Below are positions 1-7,848 of a stretch of 34,899 nucleotides of DNA, one piece after another (position 1 is the stretch's first letter; every line of letters starts with the position of its first letter). The DNA is from Nitrosopumilaceae archaeon (GTDB lineage Archaea > Thermoproteota > Nitrososphaeria > Nitrososphaerales > Nitrosopumilaceae), in contig JBQTHX010000027.1 of NCBI GenBank assembly GCA_052389415.1, positions 1 through 34,899 on the forward strand, in the 5' to 3' direction. The position numbers and the translations under genes were made by a program. The notes under the pieces were generated by a model. The model was not told the origin of the DNA. It saw only the letters and a list, made by a program, of their open reading frames with translations, and searched no databases.

Positions 1-611
1 CTCTTTCTAGTTTCACCAGGCCCAAATATTAAAATCACATCTCCTTCACGTAGTGAAGTCAAGATTGCTTTAAGAACATCTTCAAAAAATGTCTCAATGT
101 TAAATTTTGCTTTGTATCTCTTTCCGCTTGCACCGGAATACAAGTTTGGTTGCAATTTCAAGTGTGTACCGCTTAATCTACCTATCCCGCAATCACTAGT
201 ATCAATTGCAACTAATAAAAACCCAAAATTCTCCTTTTTAGAAAAAATCAATTTTTTCTCAAGTTCATCCCACTTCTTTTTGGTTAAAGTAATTGGTTCT
301 CCGATCTTCAAAGTCAATGAATGATATGATCCTTTTTGCACTGATTCGCTATCTGACTCTAATATTTTCCCTTGTACTTTTAATCGATCTACAACATCAT
401 CAATTGATACTTTTTCTACGCTAATAGCTATTCGGATTTTTACCCTTTCACCACGATCTGGTCTTGCAAATTCTTTTTCTTGTTTTATTGCACGAGTAGT
501 ATCGCCGATTAGTCTGTCCTCCTTTTTTATTGTTCTTCTTAATACAAAAAGATCGTCCGGTTCCTCAGGTATTAGTGACACAGAATTTTCATCGATCCTT
601 TTTGTAATCAT
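1..611 (-). CDS. pelA: mRNA surveillance / ribosome rescue protein pelota (aPelota/Dom34), runs off the window start
   Basis: Not in the ORF track because it has no stop in the window. Manual translation from ATG at 611: MITKRIDENSVSLIPEEPDDLFVLRRTIKKEDRLIGDTTR...GSYHSLTL...IFGPGETRK, matching the pelota N-domain (PE..DDL..L, G.YH) and the eRF1-like middle domain (GPG). Confidence 0.9.
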   Translation of the reverse strand, partial: MITKRIDENSVSLIPEEPDDLFVLRRTIKKEDRLIGDTTRAIKQEKEFARPDRGERVKIRIAISVEKVSIDDVVDRLKVQGKILESDSESVQKGSYHSLTLKIGEPITLTKKKWDELEKKLIFSKKENFGFLLVAIDTSDCGIGRLSGTHLKLQPNLYSGASGKRYKAKFNIETFFEDVLKAILTSLREGDVILIFGPGETRK

Positions 612-659
612 TTTAATCCTATTTTACAATGTAAAGAGAACAATAAAAAAGAAGAGAAA

Positions 660-1082
660 TTAGTTTGTTAATTCGCTTGTTTTCGTGGGTTGTTCTTCTG
701 CTTTCTTTCTTAAGTAACTCTGAACCCATTCTTGAGTTAAAACTCCAGCCTCTGTTAGGTTTACAAGTGTGTTCGTAGAAGCGTCACCAATCACCTTACC
801 AGTGTTCCTTCTTATTTGGCGCCATTTTAGATTGGTATTTCCACTCTTAGAAGAATATATGATTCCCAATACATCTTTTGCATTTACAAATGTCATATCA
901 CGGATTTTCTTCAGAGTTACTTTATCTGCTGCCTCCACATAAATTAGGCCTGGAGAAGTTTCACGTTCTGGAAATACTTCATAATCCTCAAAGTAGCTAT
1001 CAGGGATAAACGAATTGCAGGTGCTAAGGATTACAAATTTCCTAAAACTCTCAAGTGAACATGTGGCATCTATTTCGACCAT
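660..1082 (-). CDS. Conserved hypothetical protein (~140 aa)
   Basis: Long ORF 660..1223. I place the start at ATG 1082 (MVEIDATCSLESFRKF) because the upstream extension overlaps the C/D sRNA on the other strand. No recognisable domain. Confidence 0.7.
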   Translation of the reverse strand: MVEIDATCSLESFRKFVILSTCNSFIPDSYFEDYEVFPERETSPGLIYVEAADKVTLKKIRDMTFVNAKDVLGIIYSSKSGNTNLKWRQIRRNTGKVIGDASTNTLVNLTEAGVLTQEWVQSYLRKKAEEQPTKTSELTN

Positions 1083-1155
1083 TTGATAAAATTCTACTAT
1101 TTGCCTTTTATCAAGCTTCTTGAAAGACTCATTTAGGAAGCAGAGAATTTTAAAC

Positions 1156-1220
1156 ATGCAGGCGTTGATGACCAAATCCCTTTGATATGATGAGAAGGAT
1201 CTTGAGTTCTGAGCCTGCAT
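1156..1220 (+). ncRNA. Box C/D guide sRNA; D guide predicted to direct Cm34 of tRNA-Leu(CAA)
   Basis: Perfect 8-bp terminal stem ATGCAGGC (1156-1163) / GCCTGCAT (1213-1220). C box TTGATGA 1165-1171, D' TTGA 1182-1185, C' ATGATGA 1187-1193, D box CTGA 1209-1212. 65 nt, intergenic. Confidence 0.88.
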
Positions 1221-1257
1221 CATAACATCTTTATGATAAATTTAGCGTTTGAATTTC

Positions 1258-1677
1258 ATGAAATCAGTTACAGAATATCTATCATTCAACGTTCCCTCAA
1301 GAATAGGCTTTGTAAACATAACATCAAAGATTGAAAAGATTGTTCAGAATAGTGGCATCATTGAAGGTCTTTGTTTAGTGAATGCAATGCATATTACCTC
1401 AAGCGTGTTTATCAATGATGATGAAACAGGTCTTCATCACGATTATGAAAAATGGCTTGAAGAATTAGCACCACATGAACCAGTAAATAAATATCAGCAC
1501 AATAAAACAGGAGAAGACAATGCAGATGCCCATCTAAAAAGACAGATCATGGGAAGAGAAGTTGTTTTAGCAATAACAAACGGCCGACTTGATTTTGGTC
1601 CATGGGAACAAATATTCTATGGAGAATTTGATGGGAAACGATCAAAACGGGTTCTTATCAAGGTGCTTGGAATGTAA
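1258..1677 (+). CDS. yjbQ: YjbQ/UPF0047 family protein (secondary thiamine-phosphate synthase enzyme)
   Basis: Motifs [28 protein letters not shown] and [19 protein letters not shown] 1258 preferred over TTG 1249. Confidence 0.9.
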   Translation: MKSVTEYLSFNVPSRIGFVNITSKIEKIVQNSGIIEGLCLVNAMHITSSVFINDDETGLHHDYEKWLEELAPHEPVNKYQHNKTGEDNADAHLKRQIMGREVVLAITNGRLDFGPWEQIFYGEFDGKRSKRVLIKVLGM

Positions 1678-1833
1678 TTAAGAGAGAGAACCACGCTTTT
1701 GGCTTTCTTCAAGATTTGATTTTAGTTTGAAACTTTCTTCATGATTTTGCGGACCATGGTTACATTTTACACATCCTATCTTAAAGCCGTTAGAATCTCG
1801 TACATATGATTCACAGCCACAAAAACAAGTCAT
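1678..1833 (-). CDS. 51-aa Cys/His-rich putative metal-binding microprotein
   Basis: Manual translation: MTCFCGCESYVRDSNGFKIGCVKCNHGPQNHEESFKLKSNLEESQKRGSLS*. It fills the gap between yjbQ and the DtxR gene without overlap and has a TATA box 24-29 nt upstream. Confidence 0.75.
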   Translation of the reverse strand: MTCFCGCESYVRDSNGFKIGCVKCNHGPQNHEESFKLKSNLEESQKRGSLS

Positions 1834-1856
1834 AATGACATGGACTTTTTACTATG

Positions 1857-1870
1857 ATATAACTTATTTC
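1857..1870 (-). promoter_or_regulatory. BRE + TATA promoter for the microprotein (leaderless transcript)
   Basis: Minus strand reads GAAATAAG-TTATAT; the TATA element lies 24-29 nt before ATG 1833. Confidence 0.55.
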
Positions 1871-1874
1871 AAAA

Positions 1875-2333
1875 TTAATTTTTACAACACTTTCCACGCG
1901 GAATATCATGGCTATGTGGACATTTTCTTGGATGCTTTAACATCGTACAGAGAGCGTCAGTAAATTGCTCATTCATATGGTGTTCTATTCCACAAACCAT
2001 TTCCTCATCTATGTCCACTTTGAGGGCACTATCCATCAAAACCTCTAGCAGTCTGCTGTTTCGCATCATATTAGAACCAACTTGTTCTCCACTCTTTGTC
2101 AACGAAACACCAGTCTTATTATAATTTACAAGTTTTGATTCGTTTAGTTTTTTTAACATTTGAACAACGCTTGGCTGTCTAACATTTAACATCTTAGAAA
2201 TTGAACTAATCTTGACCGGATCGCCACTCTCCTTTATGTGCCATATGGCCTTTAGATACATTTCAACATGCTCTGCTTCTGCAGTACCCACAAACAAAAC
2301 TTCATCTTTGGTGTTTGACAAATTACTTCTCAC
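1875..2333 (-). CDS. DtxR/MntR family metal-dependent transcriptional regulator
   Basis: E.YLKAIW, HTH (ISKMLNVRQPSVVQMLKKL), RLLE, CGIEHHM and P.KCPH..IP motifs. No FeoA/SH3 domain. GTG start overlaps the TrmB stop. Confidence 0.9.
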   Translation of the reverse strand: MRSNLSNTKDEVLFVGTAEAEHVEMYLKAIWHIKESGDPVKISSISKMLNVRQPSVVQMLKKLNESKLVNYNKTGVSLTKSGEQVGSNMMRNSRLLEVLMDSALKVDIDEEMVCGIEHHMNEQFTDALCTMLKHPRKCPHSHDIPRGKCCKN

Positions 2334-3100
2334 TTTATGTCCTTTGATTCTTTTAATAAATATTCAAAATACTCGCGTGCAAAGCCTGCTAGACCAGAGT
2401 GATCTGCCCATATTGCAACCGCTTCAGCAGATCCAGAAGTGCCAAGGTCTTCTCCAAGCAAAATTACAACGTATCTTTTATCTGAAATTACGCCTCCGCC
2501 AAAAAGCCCTTTCTTAATTTTCACCTTGGCTACTCTAGACAAGGATTTGAGTGTCTCTGAATTTGCATCCTCAGAGACTAGTATAGTTATGTCAACTCCT
2601 CTATCATGTAATAATCTAAGCTTTGGTAATGCTTCCTTTGCCAGATCTTCTGCAACTTTAGGTATTGCGATTAGTACTTCATCTCTACAAGAATCCACCA
2701 TCTCCAAAATTTTTGAAGCAATATTCACTACTCCAGAAAGAACCCAGATGTCTGGTCGTTCGCTTGTTCCACTTTGCTCATAGAGTGGGGTGAGTTCTTT
2801 TAAAATAATAGATTCGTTATTTTTGAAATCTAATTCTAGAGTCTGTCTAGTACTTTCTATTGCAGTCGAAGGTGGTTTTGCAAAATACTGTGTAGGTCTT
2901 GATTCATCCGAACCTATCCATCCCTTTTCTTCTAGAGTGCCCAACACTTCATAAATTTTTGAATATGGTACACCAGACTTCTGACTCAAATCTGATGCAT
3001 TTATCTGGCCAGATTTTAACAACGCTGAATAAGTCTTTATTTCATAACTTGTAAGGCCTATTTTTTCTAGTGCCTTTCTTGCCTTATCTGAAAGACTCAT
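2330..3100 (-). CDS. TrmB family transcriptional regulator
   Basis: N-terminal GLTSYEIKTY..LL...ASDLSQKSGVPYSKIYEVL..LEEKGW...RP..Y.A..P winged HTH, followed by an effector-binding domain. Confidence 0.9.
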   Translation of the reverse strand: MSLSDKARKALEKIGLTSYEIKTYSALLKSGQINASDLSQKSGVPYSKIYEVLGTLEEKGWIGSDESRPTQYFAKPPSTAIESTRQTLELDFKNNESIILKELTPLYEQSGTSERPDIWVLSGVVNIASKILEMVDSCRDEVLIAIPKVAEDLAKEALPKLRLLHDRGVDITILVSEDANSETLKSLSRVAKVKIKKGLFGGGVISDKRYVVILLGEDLGTSGSAEAVAIWADHSGLAGFAREYFEYLLKESKDIK

Positions 3101-3120
3101 CTACCTCATTTCTCTGCCTT

Positions 3121-3136
3121 TTGATATATATGTCAA
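3121..3136. promoter_or_regulatory. Near-perfect 16-bp palindrome overlapping the trmB TATA box (candidate operator)
   Basis: TTGATATATATGTCAA (14 of 16 positions symmetric), 21-36 nt upstream of the trmB start codon. Confidence 0.4.
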
Positions 3137-3204
3137 CTATACTCATTGCTACCATTTAGGCATAATTGATGAGGTTAATCTCACAAAACCACCGGTGTCT
3201 TGTA

Positions 3205-3220
3205 GGAAATCGATTAAATA
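3205..3220 (+). promoter_or_regulatory. Putative BRE/TATA promoter of tes
   Basis: GGAAATCGA-TTAAATA, with the TATA element 26-32 nt upstream of ATG 3246. Confidence 0.45.
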
Positions 3221-3245
3221 CTAATTCCGAAAACAAGCGATTAGT

Positions 3246-4910
3246 ATGGAGCTAATCCAGATTGCTAACCAGAAGGTACCTACATTAGGTAAAAAATCTA
3301 CTATTAGGTTTACCCAAAGTATCTGTCCTGATTGTAACATGATTCTAGACGCCGAAGTCTTTGAAAGAGACGGCAAGGTGTTCATGACAAAAACTTGTCC
3401 AACTCATGGCGAATGTGAAGAGTTGTACTTTGGTTCATATGAAATGTACAAAAAGTTTAGTACATATTGGATGGATGGAAAGGGTGCTCATGCCCCAAAT
3501 GTAATGATTGAGAAATGTTCATGTCCAAATAATTGTGGTCTCTGTTCAAATCACTTGTCACACAGTGGATTGGCAAACATGATAGTAACTAATAGGTGTG
3601 ATCTAACATGTTGGTATTGCTTCTTTTATGTGAAAAAAGGACTTGAAGGTGCATACATGTACGAACCATCTCAAGACCAAGTAAGAGCAATGATGAAAAC
3701 TCTTAGAGCAGAAAGACCGATTCCAGGAAACTCGATGCAAATAACTGGTGGTGAACCTATGTTGCGTGAAGATATTGTTGATGTCATTAAAATAATGAAA
3801 GAAGAGGGCGTTGATCATATACAGATGAATACTAACGGAATTAGATTTGCTTTGGATCCAGAAGCAATGCGTGAAGTAAGACTAGCTGGTGTTAACAACC
3901 TTTATCTAAGTTTTGATGGTGTAACTGCAAGAACAAATCCGAAAAATCATTGGGAAGTTCCATATGCTCTGGAGAGTGCAAGAAAGACAGGTACAACTGT
4001 AGTCTTTGTACCAACTGTTATCAAATCAATTAACGACCACGAACTAGGTGGCATTATCAGATATGCACAAAAGAATCTGGATGTGGTACACGCAGTTAAC
4101 TTCCAACCAGTATCGCTAACAGGAAGAATGGGCAAAAAAGAACGTGAAAAATATCGAATTACAATTCCCGATTGTATTCAAAGAATCGAGGAACAGACGG
4201 GTGCTGAGGTTACTGTAGATGACTGGTTCCCAGTCCCAAGCTGTATGCCGTTAACAAATGTTATAGAAGCGTTCTCTAGTAAACCAAAATACGAATTATC
4301 AATACATTTTGCATGTGGCGCTGGTACGTACATCTTTGAAGATCAGGAAACAAAGAAATTTGTACCATTGACAAGATTTGCTGACATTCAAGGAATGTTA
4401 GAACTCTTCGAAGACAAGGCAGAAGAGATCCGTTCTGGTAAAAATAAATACTTTACAATGTTAGAGGTTGTACGAAAGCTTTCAAGTTTTGTTGATAAAA
4501 AGAAGCAACCAGCAGGTCTTGATTTGGCAAAGATGTTTGGCAACATTTTGATGAAAAGATCATTTGACGCTGTTGGTTCATGGCATGTTAAGGGATTGTT
4601 CTTGGGAATGATGCACTTCCAAGACAAATACAATGAAGATCTAGAAAGATTACAAAGATGTGACATTCACTATGTAACACCAGATCTTAGAATAATTCCA
4701 TTTTGTGCTTTTAATGTAATACCAGAATGGTACAGAGATAGAATCCAAAAGAAATACTCTACCACTGTAGAAGAATGGGAGCAAAGAGTAGGAGCAAAAC
4801 TTGAAGATGGATTGTACCGAGGAATAATGAGACGTGGATCTGGAGATGAACTAGCTGCAGGTTGTGCAAAAAGCCAAATGTTTCATGAAGCATCTCAAGC
4901 TTTAATGTAA
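3246..4910 (+). CDS. tes: Radical SAM tetraether lipid synthase (Tes / GDGT-MAS, MJ0619 family)
   Basis: N-terminal TQSICPDC...KTCPTHG rubredoxin-like site, CPNNCGLCSNH cluster motif, radical SAM CDLTCWYC, GGEP, H..CG and C-terminal RCDIHY.TPD.RIIPFCAFN. Confidence 0.9.
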   Translation: MELIQIANQKVPTLGKKSTIRFTQSICPDCNMILDAEVFERDGKVFMTKTCPTHGECEELYFGSYEMYKKFSTYWMDGKGAHAPNVMIEKCSCPNNCGLCSNHLSHSGLANMIVTNRCDLTCWYCFFYVKKGLEGAYMYEPSQDQVRAMMKTLRAERPIPGNSMQITGGEPMLREDIVDVIKIMKEEGVDHIQMNTNGIRFALDPEAMREVRLAGVNNLYLSFDGVTARTNPKNHWEVPYALESARKTGTTVVFVPTVIKSINDHELGGIIRYAQKNLDVVHAVNFQPVSLTGRMGKKEREKYRITIPDCIQRIEEQTGAEVTVDDWFPVPSCMPLTNVIEAFSSKPKYELSIHFACGAGTYIFEDQETKKFVPLTRFADIQGMLELFEDKAEEIRSGKNKYFTMLEVVRKLSSFVDKKKQPAGLDLAKMFGNILMKRSFDAVGSWHVKGLFLGMMHFQDKYNEDLERLQRCDIHYVTPDLRIIPFCAFNVIPEWYRDRIQKKYSTTVEEWEQRVGAKLEDGLYRGIMRRGSGDELAAGCAKSQMFHEASQALM

Positions 4911-4983
4911 ATCAACAAGTTTTTAATTAAAATATACTTAGTTCGTGTTAATCCCATCACTTTTATAATCAAAATAATTTTTT

Positions 4984-6219
4984 TTGAATACGGCACAAAC
5001 TGAAATTAATTACAATTCGATTTCAAAAATTCTTACTCTCAGATATGATCCTCAAAAGGAATCCATGATGAAACATCTCACTTACAAAGATTTTTCTCCA
5101 ACTGAGACTGGTGAAATCGAATCAAAAATCTGTGAAATTATAAAGGATGACTTTCTGACGATGGAAAAAAAATTGAAAAATAATTGTATATCACTGTCAC
5201 TTAGCGGTGGAATTGATTCTGGACTAACATTAGCAATGATACGGACAGTATTTCCAGACATCAAAATCGAATGCATAAGCATGGGGTTTGGTGATGAAGA
5301 TGATGAAATCCAAAAAGCTAAGGAGATTTCTAGAATTTACAATTGTAATTTCCATACAATAGTAAAAGACAATTTCATAAATGAATTACCACAACTAATT
5401 CACATAGTAAAAGAACCAAGATGGAATCTATACCAATATTATCCCATGGAAAAAGCAAAAAAGCAATCAACCGTTTTTTATTCTGGAGATGGCGGTGATG
5501 AATTGTTTGGCGGGTATACCTTTAGATACAAGAAATTTCTTTCAAATTTACCAAAAAATGCAACTTGGATGAATAAATCGAAATTATATCTATCATGTCA
5601 TGAACGGGATTGGGTACCTGATCAGCATAAAATGTTTGGTAGAAAAATAAAATTTTCGTGGGAGAAAATATACTTGCTTTTTCAATCATATTTTGATAAT
5701 GATCTTGAGCCTCTGGATCAAGTTTTTCTTGCTGATTTCAATGGTAAACTAATCCACGATTGGATTCCTACTAATAATGCATTTGGGAAATATCTGGGAT
5801 TGGATATCGAATCAATCTTTCTTACTAGAAAAATGATAAAATTTGCAACCCATATTCCATGGAATAAAAAATATGATGCTCAAAAAATCAAAGGAAAAAT
5901 TCCATTATTTTCGATTCTCAAAGAACAAAAAGGCTTTAAAAAAATTAGACCCATTAAAAAAGGATTTACAGTCGATTTACAATCCTTATGGGCAAATAAC
6001 GCCAAGGAAATTGCTAATACTTACGTAAATTTAAATTCTGAAATAATAAAAAACAAAATAATTAATGAAGACTGGTTAACCAAAACAAACAATAAATTAT
6101 TACAAGATAATATAGAATTAAATGCACGCTACATAAGCAAAATGCTAGGAATTCTTGCACTAGAAATTTGGTATAGATTATTTATTAGCAAAACCATGAA
6201 AAAAACACAAAAACTCTAG
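4984..6219 (+). CDS. Asparagine-synthase C-terminal-domain protein (ATP pyrophosphatase, no glutaminase domain)
   Basis: PP-loop LSGGIDS, SGDGGDELFGGY, K.GF and C-terminal LEIW motifs. No N-terminal Cys-initiated Ntn domain. Start uncertain (TTG). Confidence 0.85.
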   Translation: MNTAQTEINYNSISKILTLRYDPQKESMMKHLTYKDFSPTETGEIESKICEIIKDDFLTMEKKLKNNCISLSLSGGIDSGLTLAMIRTVFPDIKIECISMGFGDEDDEIQKAKEISRIYNCNFHTIVKDNFINELPQLIHIVKEPRWNLYQYYPMEKAKKQSTVFYSGDGGDELFGGYTFRYKKFLSNLPKNATWMNKSKLYLSCHERDWVPDQHKMFGRKIKFSWEKIYLLFQSYFDNDLEPLDQVFLADFNGKLIHDWIPTNNAFGKYLGLDIESIFLTRKMIKFATHIPWNKKYDAQKIKGKIPLFSILKEQKGFKKIRPIKKGFTVDLQSLWANNAKEIANTYVNLNSEIIKNKIINEDWLTKTNNKLLQDNIELNARYISKMLGILALEIWYRLFISKTMKKTQKL

Positions 6220-6266
6220 TAGATTAATTCAATAAATAGACCTTATTAAAAGAAGAAAAGAATTGA

Positions 6267-7121
6267 CTAAAAATCACTCTTGTTGATTTTTCCTTTCAAT
6301 ATGTTCTTAATTCTACGACATTGTTCAGCTCTTATGAATTCTATAATCTCTTTATCATGCATGCTGTCATAACCATCCCTTTTTGGTTTATACCTTAGAT
6401 AATGGTATAACATGTAAATTGCACCTTTCCTTCCGATAGGTTTTCCCTTTATAAAATACAAAACAAATCTACCAATTACAAATAATGGGTGATATCCCAG
6501 AGTTCGCATACTAGCTCCAAATTCATAAAAATGATGTTCCTTTCCTAGTTCCCTCGTATGGATAAATCTAGCATCTTTAAACACTTTGTATGAATAACCA
6601 AACCGATTAGCGGTATGCAAAACAAGTGATTCATAACCCATTTTTTCTGGATAATAATGATGATGACTTTCAAAAAATGAATTTCTGATAAATCTGCCTG
6701 TGCCATGAGGTGTTATGTATGTATTCTTATCATAATTACCAGAAGCTATTGCAATTTTCGGATCGGCATCCAACATTCTGATCATTTTTTCAGCATACTG
6801 TTTTTCATATATTGTGTCATCAGTAGAAATCATATGATACTCTGTTTTTACTAGTTTGGCCTCTTCAACAAATTTAATCGCCTTATTCCAGTTGCTTGCT
6901 ACTCGACCGATATTGTATCCCAAATCAGGATTTGTTAACACGTAAAGTTTGGTCCATTTACCTTTCATCTCATTCAACATTTCTGATGTTTTATCTTTTG
7001 ATCCATCGTCTATTACTATCACATATTCTGGTTGTAGCGTTTGATTCTTCAGCGAATTAATGGCATCTTCTATGTTATTCTCCGAATTTCTACAAGTAAG
7101 AATAACAAAATAGGTCTTCAT
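6267..7121 (-). CDS. Glycosyltransferase family 2 (GT-A fold)
   Basis: VILTCRNSE...SLKNQT.QP..VIVIDDGSKD.T and a TDD (DXD-like) motif. Confidence 0.9.
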   Translation of the reverse strand: MKTYFVILTCRNSENNIEDAINSLKNQTLQPEYVIVIDDGSKDKTSEMLNEMKGKWTKLYVLTNPDLGYNIGRVASNWNKAIKFVEEAKLVKTEYHMISTDDTIYEKQYAEKMIRMLDADPKIAIASGNYDKNTYITPHGTGRFIRNSFFESHHHYYPEKMGYESLVLHTANRFGYSYKVFKDARFIHTRELGKEHHFYEFGASMRTLGYHPLFVIGRFVLYFIKGKPIGRKGAIYMLYHYLRYKPKRDGYDSMHDKEIIEFIRAEQCRRIKNILKGKINKSDF

Positions 7122-7290
7122 TGATTTGTCATCTTGAAATTAATATGAAAATTTTATCACATATAGTTTTTCATATTTTTCTTGCCAAATATTATGGCGG
7201 CTAGATCAGAATTTCTATCTAATGAAAGTTAATTTATGTTTGTGAATATAGAACTAGATTAAGATTATTCATAAGAAATAGGGATAAGCT

Positions 7291-7764
7291 CTATTTTTCA
7301 AGTGAACCTCCTTTAATGAGAATATCTAATTTTTCTTGAATTTCTCTCAGTTTGTTAACTTCTTCTGTTGTAAGTTTTTCGTTTGTTGCAATCTTTAGAA
7401 TCATCTGTGAAAGCAATAGTTGTAGTGGAACCAGTACATCTCGTTGATGTCCTGGAGGTAGTTTGAAATAATATGGATTGCTTTCTACACCTATGTCCGC
7501 TTCAGAGCTATATGCTTGACTTTTTTTGAAATGAGCGTACCCAAAAAGAACTAATAATGGAATTCCTATAACAATCATTATTATCGCATAGATTGAAAAT
7601 GAAGGAAAAACATATTTTAATTCTGGAATTCTCTCAATTGCCAAATAGTAAGTAACTACTAATGTGTTCACTGCCGCAAAAATAAAAGCAAAATATGTTG
7701 CCCAACCCATCCTAAAATAGAACCAAATTCTAAATGGCAGCGTTTTTTTGTACCCAGGCTTCAT
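7291..7764 (-). CDS. Hypothetical membrane protein (2 predicted TM helices)
   Basis: 157-aa ORF with hydrophobic segments YFAFIFAAVNTLVVTYYLAI and IYAIIMIVIGIPLLVLFGYA. Confidence 0.75.
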   Translation of the reverse strand: MKPGYKKTLPFRIWFYFRMGWATYFAFIFAAVNTLVVTYYLAIERIPELKYVFPSFSIYAIIMIVIGIPLLVLFGYAHFKKSQAYSSEADIGVESNPYYFKLPPGHQRDVLVPLQLLLSQMILKIATNEKLTTEEVNKLREIQEKLDILIKGGSLEK

Positions 7765-7848
7765 TTTTGTACACTCAGAAATTAGTTATGGTAACTATAT
7801 GAATAATATGACTCCAAAAACTAATTAGTCATTCATAAACCAGTTTTT

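Noticed and set aside
1083-1223. 47-aa N-terminal extension of ORF 660..1223
   Set aside because: It runs antisense through the C/D sRNA and the promoter region; ATG 1082 gives a more plausible start.
1678-4910. Cys-rich microprotein as a sactipeptide/ranthipeptide precursor for the nearby radical SAM enzyme
   Set aside because: The radical SAM protein has Tes/GDGT-MAS motifs rather than RRE-SPASM architecture. The peptide's cysteines are N-terminal in a CxxC/His metal-finger pattern with no leader.
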